DNA of 63,738 nt, counting the filler, from Octopus bimaculoides (taxonomy: Eukaryota): assembly GCF_001194135.2 (NCBI RefSeq). It is 5 parts of 4 records of this genome, joined end to end, with 100 filler letters (N's around TTAATTAATTAA, not from the genome) between each part and the next. Parts side by side here need not be neighbours in the genome. Positions count along the whole stretch, not along the records: positions 54,780 to 62,323 come from NC_068994.1; positions 62,424 to 63,738 come from NC_068993.1; 3 more parts are not named here. The stretch is one strand, 5' to 3'. This document shows positions 56,692 through 63,738 of the stretch, one piece after another. The stretch's first letter is position 1, and every line of letters begins with the position of its first letter. Both the position numbers and the translations under genes were made by a program. The notes beneath the pieces are model-generated. The model did not search any database. It had not been told where the DNA came from and saw nothing but the letters and a program-made list of their open reading frames with translations.

Positions 56692-57242
56692 ATGCTATAA
56701 AAACATCTGCGTATTACTTTCAGCAGATGTTTTTTGCTTCCAATGTTAACCCATAACACTTACAATATAATATTACAACACACATACACACACACATTAT
56801 AGTCTATGCACCAACATATAAAAACACATACATTCTATAAAATCATTCACACAATCACTACACAATCGAATAACATAACTCACACAGCACAGAATCAGTG
56901 CTCATTGACACAGTTTATGTAGGAAATAACAGGAATATGCCTAAATATTGTGAGATTCCTTTTTCCATTGTTTAAGAACAATGTCTGGTTTGTTAGCTGT
57001 AACAGCCCTGCCATTGTGAATGGAACAAAGGATGAAGTATTTGATTCTGTTCAGCTTAGGATGTTGCAATATCACTTATAACTGAACTGTGTATGACGAT
57101 TTGATGGAAGATAAAGGTACAACTGTTCCCTGTGATAACTGGTGCACTTGACTTGGTGCCCAAACTGACATGTAAGAGGATGAGGGATGCCGGAGTTGAG
57201 TTATGTGTTCTCCAGGTGCAGACTGGAGGTGTGTTGCAGACT

Positions 57243-57572
57243 GTGAAGGCGTGCGTGGCTTAGTGGTTAGGGCATTCGGCTCACGATTGTAAGGTCGTGA
57301 ATTCAATTCCTGGCGACGCGTTGTGTCCTTGAGCAAGACACTTTATTTCACATTGCTCCAGTCCACTCATTTGGCAAAAAAGATTAGTACCTTTATTTCA
57401 AAGGGGCCGGCCTTGTCACACTATGTGTCACACTGAGTCTCCCTGAGAACTACATTAGGGGTACACGTGTCTGTGGATTGTACGGTCACTTGCACGTTAA
57501 TTTCACAAACAGGCTGTTCCGTTGATCATATCTGCTGGGACCCTCGTCATCATAACCGACGGAGTGCTCCAG
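57243..57572 (+). mobile_element. SINE family C, full length (other copies at ~35283-35418 -, ~45240-45455 -, ~50440-50560 +, ~52052-52320 + and ~54960-55220 -)
   Basis: gaaggcgtgcgtggcttagtggttagg..aattcaattcc..accgacggagtgc. Confidence 0.8.
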
Positions 57573-57734
57573 TTGCAGAATAGTGTATACCTGAATTCTG
57601 TAAGCAACTTAAGAAAAGATTCTAGAAATTTGACGAGATTTGTTGCTGCCTTTCATCCTTTTGGGGGTCGATAAATTAAGTACCAGTTATGCACCAGCAT
57701 TAGCAGTGATAAGAAATTAAGGGAGTCATTAAAT

Positions 57735-58372
57735 TCTTTTCTACTCAAGACAAGGCCCGAAATTTTGGGGGAGGCGGACATTCGATTAGATTGACCCCAG
57801 TACACAACTGGTACTTAATTTATCGACCCCGGAAAGAAGAAAGGCAAAGTCGACCTTGGCTGAATTTGAACTCAGAACACAAAGACAGATGAAATACCGC
57901 TATGCATTTCGCCCGGCGTGCTAACGTTTCTTATTTCTTTATTGCCCACAAGGGGCTAAACATAGAGGGCACAAACAAGGACAGACAAAGGGATTAAGTC
58001 GATTACATTAACCCCAGTGCGTAACTGGTACTTAATTTATCGACCCCGAAAGGATGAAAGGCAAAGTCGACCTCAGCGGAATTTTAACTCAGAACGTAAA
58101 AACACGAAATACTGCTAAGCATTTCGCCCGGCATGCTAACGTTTCTTATTTCTTTACTGCCCACAAGGGGTCACACACAGAGGGTACAAACAAGGACAGA
58201 CAAAGGGATTAAGTTGATTATATCGACCCAGTGCATAACTGGTACTTATTTAATCGACCCCGAAAAGATGAAAGGCAAAGTCGACCTCGGCGGAATTTGA
58301 ACTCAGAACATAAAAATAAATGAAATACCGTTAAGCATTTCACCCAGTGTGCTAACGTTTCTTATTTCTTTA
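57735..58372 (-). mobile_element. Head-to-tail trimer of 5'-truncated SINE family B (~215-bp units)
   Basis: Junction gctaacgtttc|ttatttcttta recurs at ~57930, ~58146 and ~58360. Confidence 0.85.
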
Positions 58373-58747
58373 TACTGTGCTCTATATAAATATTTACTAT
58401 TTAATTATGTGACAGACTGATATACTATAAGCAAATTAAGAAGACGATGTTATATCCTGATAATCGATGCTGTTCCTTTCATTTTAGTCTTATTACATTG
58501 AAGAACACAGTGTATCTATTCTACAAGTAGGGTACACATGGTGAATAAATATAATATAGTTTTCAGTAGGGCATTCATATATAGAAGCTGTGTCAAAATA
58601 TAGATCCATCAACATTGCCTTGACAGGCAAAAATAATTAACTCTGACTGTGATGATCTCTCCAACTCTCCATTCCATCATGAAAAGTGCACATAAAACGA
58701 TTACAATGATGATAACATATGTGTGTGTGTTTATGTATTTATATAGA

Positions 58748-59145
58748 CCCGGCAAGCCAAGTAAGATCGTTGCCAGTGCCCCTGGACTGGTTCTTGTGCG
58801 GGTGGCNNNNNNNNNNNNNNNNNNNNNNNNNNNNNNNNNNNNNNNNNNNNNNNNNNNNNNNNNNNNNNNNNNNNNNNNNNNNNNNNNNNNNNNNNNNNNN
58901 NNNNNNNNNNNNNNNNNNNNNNNNCATTTCGAGCGTGGCCGTTTTCGTGCGGGTGACACGTAAAAGCACCCACTACACTCTCTGAGTGGTTGGCGTTAGG
59001 AAGGGCATCCAGCTGTAGAAACTCTGCCAAATCAGACTGGAGCCTGGTGTTGCCATCCGGTTTCACCAGTCCTCAGTCAAATCGTCCAACCCATGCTAGC
59101 ATGGAAAGCGGACGTTAAACGATGATGATGATGATGATGATGATA
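58748..59145 (+). mobile_element. RTE-type LINE/SINE 3' end with a (GAT)n tail
   Basis: ..ggttggcgttaggaagggcatccagctgtagaaa..ccaacccatgctagcatggaaagcggacgttaaacgatgatgatg; interrupted by an N gap. Confidence 0.75.
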
Positions 59146-59156
59146 CATATATATAT

Positions 59157-59335
59157 ATGGGAGAATTTACGAAAAAAACAGCAGACGAAGACAGGTGGTG
59201 TAGAAAACAAATAGATGTATTAGTATATCACTCGGGAATTGAGAAAGTCTTTAACGTTTCGAGCCTACGCTCTTCAACTGAAAGTAACACGGAAGGAAAC
59301 AAGGAGAGAAACAAGGAGAAAAAAATAAGGAGATA
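59157..59335 (-). mobile_element. Penelope-like terminal fragment with a variant core (TTGAAGA..GAAACG); related fragments at ~17694-17741, ~33150-33320 and ~51158-51232
   Basis: Shared motifs acaccacctgtc(c/t)tcgtct..ttctccc and gcgtaggctcgaaacg..aaagact recur in four places. Confidence 0.45.
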
Positions 59336-60293
59336 TATATATACACATACATATACATATATGTGTGTGTGTGTGAGTGTACTTTTCCATATGTTGCCTA
59401 ATGTTAAACAAATGAGAAAGAAATTGCTCAATACATTTTTTTTTTTTACTGTAATTGAAGCTAAGAGTTTGCTTTGCAACATGAGTTCCAACAAAAGAAA
59501 CTACATGTGTGTGTGTGTGTGTGTGTCTGTGTGTGTGTGTGTCTGTGTGTGTGTTTGTGTGTGGCATGCGTGTATATTTTAATTAAAAGAATTCATTAAG
59601 AATTGAGGCACATCATCAATGAATATGAACGCCGCCAATTGGCTAGATAGAATCTCAAAGAGCAGACAGTGAAATAATCCATAATACTGTCGTTGGATAA
59701 TTCTCAATTCCAACAATTATTTACCAATGATACAATTCATGAGTGAACCGTTGGTGCAGCATAAATTTTAAAAAATAACAGAAGGATGGCATTGAAGTTC
59801 ATTACAATGGACATTAAATGATGATGATGATGATGATGATGCAGTGATAATAGGTAACGTTAAATTACATAGATTTCCAACATCATCAGGTGTCACACAT
59901 ACTTAGTCAACGATAGCTTTGCTCACTGGCTTTTATGAAATCTATGTAATATGACGTAATCTGTTATGACTGCATTGAATAAATTTCTAGTGAAACAATT
60001 GTTGTGAACTTAAATGTCATTCATCTATTAGTCATTGCATGTGTGTGTGTGTGCGTGCGTGTAGTATCCATCCAGCCATCACTCAATCAATCCATCCATC
60101 CATCCATCTATCTATGTGTAAACAGCACAAGGCATGTCTATTAAATATAGATTAAGTATCTAAATACAACAAATGACATTATTTTGTTCCGAGAAATATA
60201 ATCTTTCAATAACAATGACATTTATCTATTTTTGAGATGTGTGTGCATATATGTGTACACACACATACAAACGCACACGTATGTATATGTATA

Positions 60294-60561
60294 TACATTA
60301 TTTACATTTGACGGATATTTGTCCTCATCTTGTCTGTTGTTAACACAACGTCTCGGCTGATATACCCTCCAGCCTTCATCAGGTGTCTTGGGGAAATTTC
60401 GAACCTGGGTTCTCATTCCTAAGATATTTTTCGATGTTATTATTATTATTAATATTATTATTATTATTATTATTATTATCATTATTATTATTCTGGTCAC
60501 TGCCTGGAATCGAACTCAGAATCTTGGGGTTAATAGCCCGCGCTCTTAACCACTATGCCAT
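60294..60561 (-). mobile_element. tRNA-derived SINE-like element with a 3' hammerhead-type motif (Penelope-like end)
   Basis: Head 60495-60561 has A box TGGCATAGTGG and B box GAGTTCGATTCC. It is followed by an (AAT)n linker and GACAC-CTGATGA-A-GGCTG..CAGCC-GAGA-CGTT-GTGTT. Confidence 0.75.
60342..60387 (-). ncRNA. Hammerhead motif, probably inactive (GAAA to GAGA)
   Basis: Inverted counterpart of 60570-60615 with a core substitution. Confidence 0.6.
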
Positions 60562-60569
60562 TTCCCCAA

Positions 60570-60615
60570 GACACCTGATGAAGGCTGGAGGGTATATCAG
60601 CTGAAACGTTGTGTT
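60570..60615 (+). ncRNA. Minimal type I hammerhead ribozyme motif (intact core)
   Basis: Stem I GACAC/GUGUU, CUGAUGA, extra A, stem II GGCUG/CAGCU, GAAA, palindromic ACGU in place of stem III, predicted GUU cleavage triplet. Confidence 0.7.
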
Positions 60616-60880
60616 AACAACAAACAAGATGAGGACAAATATCTGTCAAATATAAATAATGTAAATAATGTACATAATTCCTCATCTCTTAAATATAGAA
60701 CTGTATATGTATATGTTTGTATATTGAGTCTCCTGATTCTCTGGAAAGTTAAATATTTGAGATATATGCTCTCTGATGAGGGGACAATCATCCCTGAAAC
60801 GGAACTTTAATAACATTCTCAATTATATTATTGTTTACTTATAGAGCAATATATTATATAAGCTTCAGGCATTATGACTT

Positions 60881-60966
60881 ACACTGATGCATACATATGT
60901 ATACACTGATGTATACACTGATGTATACACTGATGCATACATACGTACACAGATGCATACATATGT
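60881..60966. repeat. Short 12-bp tandem (atgtatacactg)
   Basis: Three near-perfect units plus degenerate flanks. Confidence 0.75.
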
Positions 60967-60992
60967 ATATATATAAATATTTATATATGCAT

Positions 60993-61616
60993 GTTTTTTT
61001 ATTTGTTTCAGTCATCTTGACTGCAGCCATGCTGGAGCACCACCTTTTAGTCGAACTAATCAACCCCAGGATTTATTTTTTTATAAGCCTAGTACTTATT
61101 CTATCGGTTCTCTTTTGCCGAACTGCTAAGTTACGGGGACATAAACGCACCAATACCGGTTGCCAAGTGATGGTGGGCGGACAAACACATACGCACACAT
61201 ATATACAACTGGGTTGGTTTCTTTCAGTTTCTTATTTATTTATTGCCAACAAGGGGCTAAACATAGAAGGGACAAACAAGGACAGACAAAGGGATTAAGT
61301 TGATTGCATCTACCCCAGTGCGTAACTGGTACTTAATTTATCAACCCCGAAAGGATGAAAGGCAAAGTCAACCTCAGCGGAATTTGAACTCAGAACGTAA
61401 TGGCAGACAAAATACTGCTATGCATTTCGCCCGGCGTGCTAACGTTTCTTCCAGCTCACCGCCTTTTCAGTTTCTGCCTACCAAATCCACTCACAAGGTT
61501 TTGGTTCACCTGAGGCTATAGTAGAAGACACTTGCCCAAGGTGCCATGCAGTGGGACTGAAACCAGAAACATATAGCTGGTAAGCAAGCTACTTAACCAC
61601 ACAGCCACTCCTGCGC
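60993..61616 (-). mobile_element. SINE family A interrupted by a family B insertion (61233-61464)
   Basis: A tail and A head flank a complete B copy; 11-bp TSD tttcagtttct at 61222-61232 and 61465-61475. Confidence 0.8.
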
Positions 61617-62423
61617 CATATATATAGATAATTTGGCATGTCTAAGAGCAAGCTCAGCAAAATTCAAAGCAGGATAATGTATTCAGTAATATATTATTTT
61701 TGTTTGTGTATATGTACTATGTGTATATGTGTGTGTGTGTGCATGCACATCTGTGTGTATTTGTACATATGCATGTAGGTTTGTGTATGCAACATGTGAG
61801 TGTGCTAATGCATAAATCTAACAGAGTTGCCATGCCTAATGACAATGGATAATGTTTTCTTACTTGTACTAAGAAGATTATATAATTTTTTATTTATCAT
61901 CTTACATCTGCATCAATATTTGTATATTCAGAAATATATAGACACACACACACACACACACACACATTTGCATACGTACATACATACATACATACATACA
62001 TAAATGCATAGATGCTTGCGTGTATGCATACATGATGTTTGAAACTTGATTTTGAGTAAAGCCATCACTTGATTGTTCTCTTAAACACAAGCAGCACAGA
62101 ATTAGCTTTTCAGTTCTGCTAGGGGTATTCATCATCATCATCATCATCATCATCACCACGACCACCACAACTATGACGACGACGACGACGACCACCACCA
62201 CCATCATCATCATCACAATCCTCCTCCGCCTCATCATCATCATCATCATCACCCCCGTCATTGTCATTGCTTATGCTGCCATCATGGCACTGCTGTGCTT
62301 TCTTGGATTTATATATATATGTANNNNNNNNNNNNNNNNNNNNNNNNNNNNNNNNNNNNNNNNNNNNTTAATTAATTAANNNNNNNNNNNNNNNNNNNNN
62401 NNNNNNNNNNNNNNNNNNNNNNN

Positions 62424-62815
62424 CCTCTCTATGATGTAGCGCATGAGATGGAGGTTGTCGTGGATAGACCTGGTCGGCACGGCGCATGTCTGCGCCTTGC
62501 TGATCAGTTTGCCCACGACAAGTGCCAATCTCTTGGCTAGCACCTTGGCCAAAATCTTCAACTCTGTATTGAGCAGAGTGATGGGCCTAAAGTTCCCTAT
62601 AATGTCCCCCTTGTTTGGGTCCTTTCTTAGCAAAGCCACCACTCCTCGACAGACAAAAGCAGGAATTCTCCCGTTTTGTTGCCAGTTGCAGTAGACGTTT
62701 GCCAAGACGCCCGCAAACAAGTCTGGCATTGACGTATAAAGCTCGTAAGGCAGACCATCCAAACCCGGTGATCTACCTCTCGTGTAGCCTTACATCGCTT
62801 CCTGTACTTCCCAGG
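62424..62815 (-). mobile_element. L1/Tx1-clade LINE reverse transcriptase fragment
   Basis: RSPGLDGLPYELY...VALLRKDPNKGDIIGNFRPITLLNTELKILAKVLAKRL...QTCAVPTRSIHDNL: N-terminal RT motifs; in-frame stop upstream. Confidence 0.92.
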
Positions 62816-63685
62816 CAATAACATCAACAACTGTTGGGAGAGAACTGTTTCAATGACACCGTCAATCGAAATTCCAGAAATGGCGGAAGATATCGTTCTC
62901 AGTTCAGTAATGCAAACCCTCCACACCCCGACTACCAACCTCTTTCTCTTGATACCATGCCACCCACTTGTGATGATGGAGAGCAAGTAAAGTCAAGAGA
63001 GGAGTAGCAGACTGTTACAGAGAAAAACAAATAAACCAAACAACGTCGACAACAAAAAGCAATAAGGTGTGTAAAACTCACGAAGAAAACCCCCACTTCA
63101 CCCACTGACATGACGTTGTTGGTCGAGTGATCATAGGTCCTTTCCTCAAATCACCTTTCAGTGTCTCCCTTAGGTCCAAACTAGCTGTCTCCCTAAAATC
63201 ACAGCTAGGTCTCTTTAAAACCGATAGAAATGTGTTGCGTGGGTGAGGTGTAGATCATAAAGCCGATATATACAAGTCATATAAATGAGGGGAAGACTAC
63301 CCGAAGAATTTATCAAACACCTGAGGAAGAATTTATCAAGATACCAAATAGAAACACTCGGATGATTGGATGGTTCTTAGATAAGTCAAAACGAAAAACG
63401 TTCAAGAGCACCTTTGGGGGTAAACCCAATCTCCATAGAACGAGAGGCAGGAGGGTAAACTCGTGAGGTGCTCAGAGCCGACCTAGCTACTGTTCTTTTT
63501 GTTTTTTGGGGGGTTTTTTGGTTTGTTTTAATGCAGAAAACTTCTCTTAGCAACTTCTCTCAATGTTTTTAGTTGACTTGTGAACAAGAGTTTTATTTTA
63601 TTGAATCCAGTCCTGGTGAACACCAACCACCTCTATTTCCCAACATCATTCCCATCTCTCCTTCCCCTTCTCTCTCTCTCTCCCG

Positions 63686-63738
<53 letters not shown>

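Noticed and set aside
55625-56700. CRISPR-like array
   Set aside because: Contiguous identical 69-bp units without spacers, in a eukaryotic context with no cas genes.
60495-60561. Functional tRNA gene
   Set aside because: The acceptor stem does not close and it is embedded in a repeat; it is a SINE head.

Overview
AT-rich eukaryotic draft-assembly sequence. It has many N gaps, four artificial N44-TTAATTAATTAA-N44 scaffold linkers, and is dominated by microsatellites and retroposon debris. The repeat repertoire looks like an octopod cephalopod (Octopus-like); this is an inference, not a database result. It includes three tRNA-derived SINE families, RTE and L1/Tx1 LINE fragments, Tc1/mariner and hAT MITEs, and Penelope-like ends. 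Nearly all ORF-track entries are microsatellite or N-gap artefacts. The only recognisable protein homologies are dead LINE fragments: an RTE endonuclease at ~37.6-38.1 kb and an L1/Tx1 RT at ~62.4-62.8 kb. A chain of short, frame-compatible + strand exons (3.1-39.6 kb) may be an unidentified host gene, at low to moderate confidence. Main observations: (1) a tRNA-headed SINE-like element carrying a minimal type I hammerhead ribozyme (HHR), with an inverted second HHR arm, at 60.3-60.7 kb, plus several other HHR-like motifs of different sequence families; (2) a full-length 5S rRNA copy fused to a SINE 3' tail inside a 17-bp target-site duplication at 43.2-43.4 kb; (3) a fold-back inversion of a ~365-bp tandem unit next to an HHR-like motif at 25.1-25.9 kb; (4) head-to-tail SINE multimers at 57.7-58.4 kb; (5) a 69-bp minisatellite open in one frame on each strand at 55.6-56.7 kb. 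Repeat boundaries were read by eye and are approximate.
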